NCBI GenBank assembly: GCA_048941015.1
Contig: JBHLNZ010000049.1
Coordinates: 1 to 24,025, forward strand
Direction of reading: 5' to 3'
Length of the DNA stretch: 24,025 nt
Source of the DNA: Promethearchaeota archaeon
GTDB taxonomy: Archaea > Asgardarchaeota > Lokiarchaeia > Sigyniarchaeales > SOKP01
Positions 8,542-16,939 of the stretch are shown here, piece after piece; positions within the stretch are counted from its first letter, which is position 1, and each line of letters begins with the position of its first letter. The position numbers were made by a program, and so were the translations under genes. A model generated the notes under the pieces. That model saw nothing but the letters and a program-made list of their open reading frames with translations, made no database searches and was not told the DNA's origin.

Positions 8542-9012
8542 ATGCTTGAAGAAAAATTAATAAGTCAAAATTTTAATGCAGAAAAGTATAAAACTGAATT
8601 AGGAAAAAAATATACCACATTTCTCTCGAAATATCCTGAAATTTTTTCTGATTTGATTTCTGGTTCAGATTTTGATTTTGCTCTTTATAACTCTTTAAAG
8701 GCATATGATGAACATTCTCCATTTGATGTATTTCATGTATATCGTAATGGTCAAGGAATTGAAATAAGACCAGGAGGAGCAAAAAATCCCGATTTGGAAC
8801 TCGCTCTCTCTTTGGAAGCTGTTAAAAAATTAATCCAAACAGAAACAAAAGTTGAATATGCAAAGCTTCTTGGAAAATTTTACAATGAACCAGATGAGAA
8901 AATAGGATGGATTGACTTTTTCTTGCATAAAAGAACTCAAACTTTAATCGATATGGGCTATGGAAGATTCGCAAAAACAGCAGGTATTCTCGAAGATGAG
9001 AATGAGATATAG
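8542..9012 (+). CDS. Uncharacterised protein with probable SCP2-like lipid-binding fold (paralogue A)
   Basis: FHVYRNGQGIEIRPGGAKNPDLELALSLEAVKKLI resembles the SCP2 core. Aligns by eye with 10594..11061. GAGG SD at 8525. The fold call is an inference. Confidence 0.6.
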   Translation: MLEEKLISQNFNAEKYKTELGKKYTTFLSKYPEIFSDLISGSDFDFALYNSLKAYDEHSPFDVFHVYRNGQGIEIRPGGAKNPDLELALSLEAVKKLIQTETKVEYAKLLGKFYNEPDEKIGWIDFFLHKRTQTLIDMGYGRFAKTAGILEDENEI

Positions 9013-9046
9013 CCAATAAAAAATTGTTTTCAAAAAAAATATTGAA

Positions 9047-9054
9047 TTTATAAC
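9047..9054 (+). promoter_or_regulatory. Candidate TATA box (TTTATAAC) for the ALDH gene
   Basis: About 26-33 bp upstream of ATG 9080 and preceded by an A-rich BRE-like tract; the spacing fits a leaderless transcript. Confidence 0.35.
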
Positions 9055-9079
9055 TAATTATCAATAATGAATTGGTATA

Positions 9080-10573
9080 ATGTCAAAAATAAATGAATTA
9101 AAAATTAAGAATAAATATACTGGAGAAGTTATCCGAACAATTCCTGCAGATACTCCAGAAACTCTTGAGGCAAAAATAAAAAAGGCATATGAGAGTCAGC
9201 ATTTATTGAAAGAAATGACTTTTTTTGAGCGAGCACAACTTTTATCAAATTTCGCAAGTAAATTAAGGTTTAATAAAAATAAGCTAAAAGAATTGATTGT
9301 TGCTGAAGGAGGTCTGCCCATAAAATATTCTGAATGGGAATTAAATATTGTTACAAACGGTTTCAAATTCTGTGATTGGTATTATCAATTTCTAGAAGAA
9401 AAACTTTTAACAAGTATAGAAGGAGAACAATTGGTTAGAATAAGATATATCCCGCAAGGTCTAGCTGCGTGTGTATCACCACGTAATACTCCCATAAGTC
9501 TTCCTCTTTATCAACTGGGTGCAAACTATTTAGTGGGCAATGGAGCAGTTGTTAAACCTTCTACTGCTTGTCCCTTAACTATGTTAGAAGCTTATTCAAT
9601 GATGAAGGATATAGATTTACCTGCCTTAGATGCCTTAGATATAGTTATCGCACCTGGAGAATGGGCAATAGATCAATTTCTTAGTTCTTCTTTTGTTAAA
9701 ATCTTAATGACAATTACAGCATCTCACACTGCAAAGGACATATTAGTTCGATATGCAAAAATCCTGAAAAAATCTGTCGATAAATCAATGGGAGTTGCTA
9801 TGTATACTCAGCCTTTCAAACAATTCTTTTTTGAATGTGCTGGCAATGATGCAGGGATCGTTATGGATGATGTAAATTTAGAACAAGTAGCAAAATGGAA
9901 TGCTATGGCTAGTTATACAAATTCTGGTCAACAATGTTTTTCAATGAAGCGTATCATCGTTCATAAGGATATTTATGATGATTATATTGAAGTCTTGATT
10001 AAAGAAATTGAGAAATTAAAATATGGAGATCCAAAAGATCCTGATGTTGATATTGGACCATTAGGGAGCCGTAGAATATTGATGATGATGGAGGTTATGG
10101 TTGCTGATGCGAAAAAGTATAATGTGAAAATATATACTGGAGCAGAAAAAGTTGATACTGGTGAAGATTATGGATTATTTTACAAACCAACACTGGTTGA
10201 AATTAAGCCTGAGCTATGTATAGATTTAAAAAAAGCACCATTCTTGTGGAGAGAGGAAGCTTTTGGTCCAGTTCGATCTGTGACTAAAGCAAATGACTTG
10301 AAGGACGCAATAAGATTAGCTAATGCGAGTAATTACGGTATGCGAGCAGTTGTGTATACTTCTAACTTAGAAAATATAGAAATTTTTAAAAACAAATTAG
10401 AAGCAGCTAACATTTACATAAATGCAAGACCAATGCTTACAGATATTACAGTTGCTTTAGGCGGAATTAAAGATTCAGCGTATCCACCAGGATGTAAATA
10501 TTATCCACAAGAACTAGTCTTTCCAAAATATATATACGATGGGACTTCTTTAAACTTATCCAAAATAAAATGA
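9080..10573 (+). CDS. Aldehyde dehydrogenase family protein (divergent)
   Basis: SPRNTP, VVKPS, general-base ECAGND, catalytic Cys in SGQQCFS, EEAFGPV, ANASNYGM and GGIKDS motifs. Confidence 0.9.
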   Translation: MSKINELKIKNKYTGEVIRTIPADTPETLEAKIKKAYESQHLLKEMTFFERAQLLSNFASKLRFNKNKLKELIVAEGGLPIKYSEWELNIVTNGFKFCDWYYQFLEEKLLTSIEGEQLVRIRYIPQGLAACVSPRNTPISLPLYQLGANYLVGNGAVVKPSTACPLTMLEAYSMMKDIDLPALDALDIVIAPGEWAIDQFLSSSFVKILMTITASHTAKDILVRYAKILKKSVDKSMGVAMYTQPFKQFFFECAGNDAGIVMDDVNLEQVAKWNAMASYTNSGQQCFSMKRIIVHKDIYDDYIEVLIKEIEKLKYGDPKDPDVDIGPLGSRRILMMMEVMVADAKKYNVKIYTGAEKVDTGEDYGLFYKPTLVEIKPELCIDLKKAPFLWREEAFGPVRSVTKANDLKDAIRLANASNYGMRAVVYTSNLENIEIFKNKLEAANIYINARPMLTDITVALGGIKDSAYPPGCKYYPQELVFPKYIYDGTSLNLSKIK

Positions 10574-10593
10574 TTAAAGCAGGTATTTTCTAA

Positions 10594-11061
10594 TTGGACT
10601 CTGAAGAATTATACAAAAAATTAAAAACATTTTTTTCTAAAAAAAATGATTTAATGCGACACTTAGACATTAATGCTTGTTGGGAATATATTATTACTGA
10701 AACTACAATTGAAGAGAAAGATATTAAATTACGTTATTATTTAATTAAAAAAAATGAAAGTGCATTAGAAATGTCAAAAAGTAAACCTGGGATTACACCT
10801 GATCTGATCTTGTTTTTTACCGAAAAAGCTATCTTAGATATGATTGAAGGAAATCCTAGTGTGGAAGAATATTATGAGCGTTATCATAAAGTAATGAATA
10901 ATCCTCAACCGGGGATTGAAGTAGATAACAAAATTAATAAAGCAAGATTAAAACTTTGGCAAATTGGCTATAAGAAATGGCAAAAAGATTTTAGCAAAGG
11001 ATATTATTGGTGGAAATTATCTTATTATAAATCTCTTTTTTCTAAAGGTAATTATTATTAA
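10594..11061 (+). CDS. Uncharacterised protein with probable SCP2-like fold (paralogue B)
   Basis: YYLIKKNESALEMSKSKPGITPDLILFFTEKAILDMIEG segment. Shares PDL...EY...N.P...D...K....L...GY with 8542..9012. TTG start 20 bp after the ALDH stop. Confidence 0.55.
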   Translation: MDSEELYKKLKTFFSKKNDLMRHLDINACWEYIITETTIEEKDIKLRYYLIKKNESALEMSKSKPGITPDLILFFTEKAILDMIEGNPSVEEYYERYHKVMNNPQPGIEVDNKINKARLKLWQIGYKKWQKDFSKGYYWWKLSYYKSLFSKGNYY

Positions 11062-11706
11062 TGCTGAGAGAGCAAAAAGCATAAATCCGATAAAATAAAA
11101 TCCAAGTGGAATGAGTCTATATCCTCCTTCAACCTCTACTATTATTATATCCTGATCATAGGTATATACAGTTTCTCTAACAATAACTCCTTTAGTGTCA
11201 AATTGTTTTCTCCATCTGTAGTCTACTCCTATATCACTTTTAACCCTTTTAGTAATGGAATTCCCTGAAACAGAATAAATATTTGTATCTAGATTCGTCA
11301 TAGCTTCTTGAAGATAATCATCAGTTGGAGTAAGAACAAAAATGTAATCATCAAATTGAATAGGATTTTTAAATAATTCATAGATTATTGTATTGCCTCT
11401 TTCTCCCCAATCATCTTTATAATCCCATTGTTCGGTTGTTATACTCCATTGAATTGCACCTTCATACAGATCCGTAATAACCATCCTCATTTTATCCCCT
11501 TTTTGGAAATTTGGTTCACTCCCAAACGTATTTCTAAAATAGTAATCATTTAATTCCGTAACTTCCCACACCAATTCATCACCTTCACTCAACTGCATAA
11601 AAAATTCTTGTTCTTCCTGTGCATTTACATTTAAATTAAAGCATATTGAAAATGTGATCAGATTAATAAATATAATCACTAGGAAGATTTTGTATTTTTG
11701 CTCCAA
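11017..11706 (-). CDS. Secreted, C-terminally membrane-anchored surface protein (Loki-CTERM-like tail)
   Basis: N-terminal signal peptide (KYK, hydrophobic stretch, VNA), acidic ectodomain, then IPLGFY, a TM helix and RKKR. Confidence 0.7.
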   Translation of the reverse strand: MEQKYKIFLVIIFINLITFSICFNLNVNAQEEQEFFMQLSEGDELVWEVTELNDYYFRNTFGSEPNFQKGDKMRMVITDLYEGAIQWSITTEQWDYKDDWGERGNTIIYELFKNPIQFDDYIFVLTPTDDYLQEAMTNLDTNIYSVSGNSITKRVKSDIGVDYRWRKQFDTKGVIVRETVYTYDQDIIIVEVEGGYRLIPLGFYFIGFMLFALSALIIITFRKKRFIIR

Positions 11707-11924
11707 GGTATGATCAAGAACTATACTTTTAATTTTTATATAATTTTTTCTAAAACTATTTTAAATAATAAACTGAGAAATAAATATTTTTTTTTCTACT
11801 TCAGTCATTTTTATGAATATCGAAGCGATTGTTCAAAATTATTTTTTAAAATCCAAAATAATAAAATTCTATAAATACCTTGTGAATAAATAGAATAATA
11901 TCAATTTTTAAAAGTGTAGAAATT

Positions 11925-13343
11925 ATGAATAAAGAAGATATATGTTTTATGCCCGCATATGACATGCGAGAATCAATAAAAAGCCAAGAATTAACCTCAC
12001 AGGAGATAACTGAAACGATTATTGAAAGGATTGAGAAAATAAATCCGATAACAAATGCTTATTGTACCCCTACTTTTGATTTAGCTAGAGAAATGGCTAA
12101 AGAAGCTGATGAAAAAGTGAAAAAAGGAGAAAAGCTGCCATTGTTAAATGGAATTCCAACAAGTATTAAAGATTTGGTTATGATTCAAGGGGTTAGAACA
12201 ACTTTTGGTTCAAAATTATATGAAAATTTTATTCCCGAAGATGATGAAGAAGTTGTTAAAAGACTCAGAAATGCAGGCTCAGTTTTTCTAGGGAAAACAA
12301 ATACACCTGAATTTGGACATGTTACGGTCACATTTAATTTAATTTTTGGAGAAACTAAAAACCCTTGGAATATAGAAAAAACATGTGGAGGTTCAAGCGG
12401 TGGTGCAGCTTCAGCAGTAGCTTCAGGTATCAGCCCTTTAGCCTTAGGTTCAGATGGAGGTGGATCGATAAGAGTCCCTAGCTGTTTATGCGGAATTTTT
12501 GGATTAAAACCAACTTATGGAAGAATCCCTAAATATCCCCGTATGGGAGTTGGATTTTATACACTGGATCATTATGGACCAATGACTCGATATGTAAAAG
12601 ATGCTGCTCTTATGTTGGATGTTATGAAAGGTCCTCACTTAGGTGATAGACTCTCTTTACCGGCAGATAACATTAATTATATTGATGTACTTGATGAAAA
12701 ACCATCAAAATTAAAAATAGGATATTCTTTTAGTTTGGGTCTCGCAAAAGCATTGAACCCTGATGTTGAGAAAGCAGTTCTTGATTCGATCGATAAGTTT
12801 GAGACTTTTGGGTGGATAGCTGAAGAGGCAAAAATTAAAATGAGAAAAGCTGAAAATGCATTTTATACATTTGCTACTGTTGGAGCTGCTTATGAGTATG
12901 GAAAAAAAATAGATGAATGGAGAGATCGTCTGACTCCCGGTTTTGTAAAGCAAATGCAGGTTGCTTTGCCAATGACTGCTATGAATCTTCAACTTGCTTT
13001 AACACAAAGATTAGCTTGTGATGAAGAGATGTATAAATTTTTTAAAAACTATGACATTTTAATAACTCCTACTACAGCAATTCCTGCTTTTGAATTAGGT
13101 AGTGTAGGTCCTCCAAAGATCGGAGATACAGTAATTTCTCATTCTGGATGGTACCCTTTTACTTATCCATTTAACCTGACACAATTACCTGCTGCATCAA
13201 TCCCATGTGGTTGGTCAAATGAAAATTTGCCAATAGGGATGCAGATTGTTGGAAAAAGATTTGATGAGTCAACGGTTTTACAAGTTTCAAAAGCATTCGA
13301 AGAGATAGCTCCATGGCAAGATAAAAAACCAAAATTTGATTAG
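11925..13343 (+). CDS. Amidase-signature family amidase
   Basis: Lys-cisSer-Ser triad motifs IKDL, GGSSGG and GSDGGGSIRVPS, plus GKTNTPEFG and GLKPT. Confidence 0.92.
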   Translation: MNKEDICFMPAYDMRESIKSQELTSQEITETIIERIEKINPITNAYCTPTFDLAREMAKEADEKVKKGEKLPLLNGIPTSIKDLVMIQGVRTTFGSKLYENFIPEDDEEVVKRLRNAGSVFLGKTNTPEFGHVTVTFNLIFGETKNPWNIEKTCGGSSGGAASAVASGISPLALGSDGGGSIRVPSCLCGIFGLKPTYGRIPKYPRMGVGFYTLDHYGPMTRYVKDAALMLDVMKGPHLGDRLSLPADNINYIDVLDEKPSKLKIGYSFSLGLAKALNPDVEKAVLDSIDKFETFGWIAEEAKIKMRKAENAFYTFATVGAAYEYGKKIDEWRDRLTPGFVKQMQVALPMTAMNLQLALTQRLACDEEMYKFFKNYDILITPTTAIPAFELGSVGPPKIGDTVISHSGWYPFTYPFNLTQLPAASIPCGWSNENLPIGMQIVGKRFDESTVLQVSKAFEEIAPWQDKKPKFD

Positions 13344-13377
13344 ATCCTAAATTTTTTTTCTTAATATTTCTCAAAAA

Positions 13378-14466
13378 CTAAAAAGATTTCATGTTAGATG
13401 TAGTAATATATGAAGAATCTCCAATCGTAATATTCTTCTTGATTAAATCTTCTAATGTTGAATAATCTCCTATTATACTATGTGATGAAATAATTTTTCT
13501 TAGATATGCCCCGTCACCAATAACGGATTCGGAGAGTATACATTTTTCTAAAACAACATTATCTCCAATTGATACATTTGGGCCAATAACCGAATTAGCT
13601 ATCTTAGAATCTTGGCCAATAAAAACAGGAGGTATTATTTTAGAATCTATTATACTACCTGATTGAACAAGATTCTCGTATAATGGATCTTTCATTTTTA
13701 ATTCTGATAAAAGATAACGATTTCCTTCTAATAAGGATTCAGGGCGTCCAAAATCTAAAATCTCGCTTGTCATCTCATTACCCTTAATTTTTGCCCTTTC
13801 AATAATTAACTTTTGAATTATAGGTGTTAATTGATGTTCCTTGCCATTCTTTAGTTTTGTTTCACTTTGCTCTTCTAATAATTCAAACAATCTATGCACA
13901 ATTGATGACCCAAATAAATATGCTCCTGATACTGCATAATCAGAAATATAATTTTGTGGCTTTTCTACTATTTTAATTATTTCACCTTGATTATTTAAAA
14001 CTGTAACGCCATAATACTGGGGATTTTCAACTTTCTTGATATTAATTACACCATCACATTTTTCTTGATGAAAAGTTAAAATCATTGAAGAATAGTCATC
14101 TATTGGTAATCTATCACTTAAAAAGATAAAAACTTCTTTGTCATCTATAAAATTTTTAGCTAATAGAATTGCATCTCCTAATCCAGAAAAATATGGTGTT
14201 TCAGCAGTATACCCAAGTGGTTTTTGTTCTATAAATTCGAGTTGAAAATAATCAGAATAATTACTTATCAAGTATTCGGAGATTTGTCTTTTTTTATAAC
14301 CTACAATGAAACATAGGGTTGTACCTTGCGGAAAAGTTTTTTTCAATTTAATTAAAATATGATCTATTAGCCTTTTCCCCGCTAATTTTAAGAAAGCCTT
14401 TGGTTTAGAATAGGTAAAAGGTTGCAATCTTTTACCCACACCTGCAATGGGACAAATAAGTAGCAT
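13378..14466 (-). CDS. Sugar-phosphate nucleotidyltransferase (long-form glucose-1-P thymidylyltransferase-like, with left-handed beta-helix)
   Basis: AGVGKRLQPFTYSKPK, GLGDA, YGV, VEKP, DFGRPE and hexapeptide repeats (IIPPVFIG, VIGPNVSIG). Confidence 0.88.
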   Translation of the reverse strand: MLLICPIAGVGKRLQPFTYSKPKAFLKLAGKRLIDHILIKLKKTFPQGTTLCFIVGYKKRQISEYLISNYSDYFQLEFIEQKPLGYTAETPYFSGLGDAILLAKNFIDDKEVFIFLSDRLPIDDYSSMILTFHQEKCDGVINIKKVENPQYYGVTVLNNQGEIIKIVEKPQNYISDYAVSGAYLFGSSIVHRLFELLEEQSETKLKNGKEHQLTPIIQKLIIERAKIKGNEMTSEILDFGRPESLLEGNRYLLSELKMKDPLYENLVQSGSIIDSKIIPPVFIGQDSKIANSVIGPNVSIGDNVVLEKCILSESVIGDGAYLRKIISSHSIIGDYSTLEDLIKKNITIGDSSYITTSNMKSF

Positions 14467-14497
14467 AAATTTAAGCTTTCAATATCAATTGTAAAAT

Positions 14498-15034
14498 TTA
14501 TTTAATTTCTAAAATCTCTCTTAAAATTTTATAATATTTCGCTTCTTTTAATTTTTCTTTAATTATTAACTTCAATTTCTTTAAATAGTAATTATCTGAA
14601 TTAGTTCTTTTAATTCCTCTTAATTTCTTATTTATAGCAATTCTTGTTTTCTCGTCCAAAAAATCGACTGGTATCTCTTTATAGTCATCGTTCAATTTCC
14701 TTTTAAGCTCTTGGTTATTTTGCTTAATTTTTGTTGCTTTCATCTTTCTATATATATTTTCAATCCACGTTTCTATCTTAAGAATGTCACCTTTAAGATA
14801 TGTTCTGTTATCCAACCAATCTTTAAATGTTAAAATCTCTTTAAGAAAATCATTACTTATTCCTTCTTCAACTTTCTCTATTGCTTTCTCATTAACTAAT
14901 TCACTAATTTTCTTTTTTTTTAAATATAATTTTTCTTCTGTTGAAAGATTCTTGTAAAGTTCTTCTTTTTTCCGTCTTTCCTCTTCAGTATCCTTATTAG
15001 AAAGCCATTTTTCAATTGACAATTTAATCACCAT
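14498..15034 (-). CDS. Hypothetical Lys/Glu-rich helical protein
   Basis: 178-aa ORF, co-oriented and about 30 bp upstream of the nucleotidyltransferase. No family recognised. Confidence 0.7.
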   Translation of the reverse strand: MVIKLSIEKWLSNKDTEEERRKKEELYKNLSTEEKLYLKKKKISELVNEKAIEKVEEGISNDFLKEILTFKDWLDNRTYLKGDILKIETWIENIYRKMKATKIKQNNQELKRKLNDDYKEIPVDFLDEKTRIAINKKLRGIKRTNSDNYYLKKLKLIIKEKLKEAKYYKILREILEIK

Positions 15035-15140
15035 TAAATAAGCCTATTAAATAAAATTGATTTATTATTAATTATTTAACAATCTATATAATGCTCCTAT
15101 TTATTAAGGTTCAGAGATAGATTAAAATTGATATTATTAA

Positions 15141-15905
15141 ATGATTATTTATAGAATGAAATTAGAAGGATTAATTTTTGATTTTGGGTTTACTCTTTTC
15201 CAATTTAAAGACGTATCTGTTGAAAAATATCTTGATTGTTATAGAAAAGGGCTGAATAGATCTATAATAAAATTGAAAGAAATAAAGCTTTTAAAAAATG
15301 AATTTGACACTAAACAATTCATTAAAATATTTAATGAAAAAAGGGCAAGTTATTTTAAAAAGAGTATTCAAACTAAAATGGAATATCCAACTTCATTTTT
15401 ATTCAAAGAAGTATTTAAAGTTTTAGATCTTGACCAATTGAGCGAACAAAGCTATAAGGAATTAGCTAATTTATATCATTCATGTGAAGAAGAAGAATGG
15501 ATTCCTTTTGAACACACTAAAGAAACTCTAAAGCATCTTTCAGATTTAAAAAAAGTAAAAATTGCTCTACTCTCTAATCATCCTAACCATACTACAATAC
15601 AGAATTTATTAATTAAGCATGATTTATCGAAATTTTTTGATGCAGTTGTGACTTCTGCTGAATTTGGGAAGAGAAAACCGGATCCAGAAATATTTTTTTA
15701 CACAATAAAAAAAATGGGCTTAAAAAACCCTGCATCCTGTTTAATATGTGGAGATGAGTATGCTGATATTGTTGGAGGACATAAAGCAGGATTACAAACT
15801 ATTTTATGCAAAAGATCCTATAAATTTCCATTTGAAAAGGAAATTGATTTTTCTGGCTATATTAAGATCAATAATATTTCAGAAATTATCAAGCTAATAA
15901 TCTAA
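15141..15905 (+). CDS. HAD-superfamily hydrolase, subfamily IA (DxGxT variant)
   Basis: IFDFGFTL, LLSN, RKPDPEIF and CGD...DIVG motifs. The true start may be ATG 15156. Confidence 0.88.
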   Translation: MIIYRMKLEGLIFDFGFTLFQFKDVSVEKYLDCYRKGLNRSIIKLKEIKLLKNEFDTKQFIKIFNEKRASYFKKSIQTKMEYPTSFLFKEVFKVLDLDQLSEQSYKELANLYHSCEEEEWIPFEHTKETLKHLSDLKKVKIALLSNHPNHTTIQNLLIKHDLSKFFDAVVTSAEFGKRKPDPEIFFYTIKKMGLKNPASCLICGDEYADIVGGHKAGLQTILCKRSYKFPFEKEIDFSGYIKINNISEIIKLII

Positions 15906-15913
15906 TTTAAATA

Positions 15914-16046
15914 TGGTCCGGGGGGGATTTGAACCCTCGATTTCCAGTTTGAAACTTTTTTTCAAAAATCTGGCTCCGCAAGCCAGCGCCCTTTCTATAC
16001 TCTTCTAATTTATTAAGAAACGTTATCCAGGCTGGACTACCGGACC
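15914..16046 (-). tRNA. tRNA-Arg(GCG) with two introns (D-loop, about 15993-16024; variable loop 45/46, 15942-15967)
   Basis: Acceptor stem GGTCCGG/CCGGACC with A73, D-stem GTCC/GGGC, anticodon arm CTGGC-TTGCGGA-GCCAG and T-arm GAGGG-TTCAAAT-CCCCC. Removing two BHB-like inserts (32 and 26 nt) gives a normal cloverleaf. CCA is not encoded. Confidence 0.9.
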
Positions 16047-16129
16047 TTTAATTAGGACTATATATTGTAATTCTTAATAATAATTGATTCTCTATAATAC
16101 TTATCTAAATATTCTTTATAATTAAGATT

Positions 16130-16789
16130 ATGTTTGAAGATTATGGAGTAATATTCGATATGGATGGTGTACTAGCGGATACTGAACCTATTCATTTTGA
16201 GAGTTGGGTAAAATTATCAAAAGAGATCGGAATAAAGTTCACAAAAGAATTTTTTGAGAGTACATTTGGTCAACAAAGCATACCAATTACTCGAAAACTA
16301 GTCGGTCCTAAAGTAAATAATGGACTAGTTGAGAAATGGGCAAACCGTAAAGAAAAATATTATCGAGAAATGATCAAAGACAAATTACAACCTTTACCAG
16401 GTTCTATTGAATTAATACAAAACTTAAGAAGAAACAAATTCAAATTAGCTATTGGATCGAGTGGCCCCCCTGAAAATGTAGAATTATTGTTAAAAAGTTT
16501 GAACATTAAACGATATTTTAATGCTATAATTACAGCAGCAGACGTTAATAAGGGTAAACCTGAACCGGATGTATTTTTATATGCTGCTGATAAATTAAAC
16601 ATTAGTCCCAAACATTGTTTAGTTATTGAAGATGCTCCTGTAGGAATATTGGCAGCGAAAAAAGCTGGAATGAAAGTAATTGCTCTTACTACTACTCATA
16701 AAGAGAAGGAACTCTTAGAAGCAGACAAAATTGCTGAAGATTTGACTTCTATCACTCTTAATCATATTATGAAATTGTTAAATCTATGA
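16130..16789 (+). CDS. HAD-superfamily phosphatase, beta-phosphoglucomutase-like
   Basis: IFDMDGVLADTE, GSSG, GKPEPDVF and IEDAPVG motifs. Confidence 0.9.
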   Translation: MFEDYGVIFDMDGVLADTEPIHFESWVKLSKEIGIKFTKEFFESTFGQQSIPITRKLVGPKVNNGLVEKWANRKEKYYREMIKDKLQPLPGSIELIQNLRRNKFKLAIGSSGPPENVELLLKSLNIKRYFNAIITAADVNKGKPEPDVFLYAADKLNISPKHCLVIEDAPVGILAAKKAGMKVIALTTTHKEKELLEADKIAEDLTSITLNHIMKLLNL

Positions 16790-16939
16790 TTTTTTAGACA
16801 TATTTTTGCATCCATATTATATCAAATTCTTGATTAAATTATTTAGCAATGTTCTTAAATCTATATTTTTTAATGAGAAGAAGTATTTAACGAATATTTT
16901 AATTCAATTCTTAATTTTTAAGCAAAATAATATTGAATT

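Noticed and set aside
8573-9064. Minus-strand ORFs 8573..8782 and 8822..9064
   Set aside because: Antisense shadows of the better-supported 8542..9012 gene, which has an SD, a paralogue and operon context.
11925-13343. Calling the amidase gatA because gltX is nearby
   Set aside because: No gatB or gatC is adjacent and only generic amidase-signature motifs are visible.
12711-13374. Minus-strand ORFs 12711..12992 and 13171..13374
   Set aside because: Antisense to the amidase, with no coding features.
15141-16789. tRNA-Arg between two HAD genes as an integration site or duplication scar
   Set aside because: No integrase and no duplicated tRNA 3' end; the two HAD genes belong to different subtypes.
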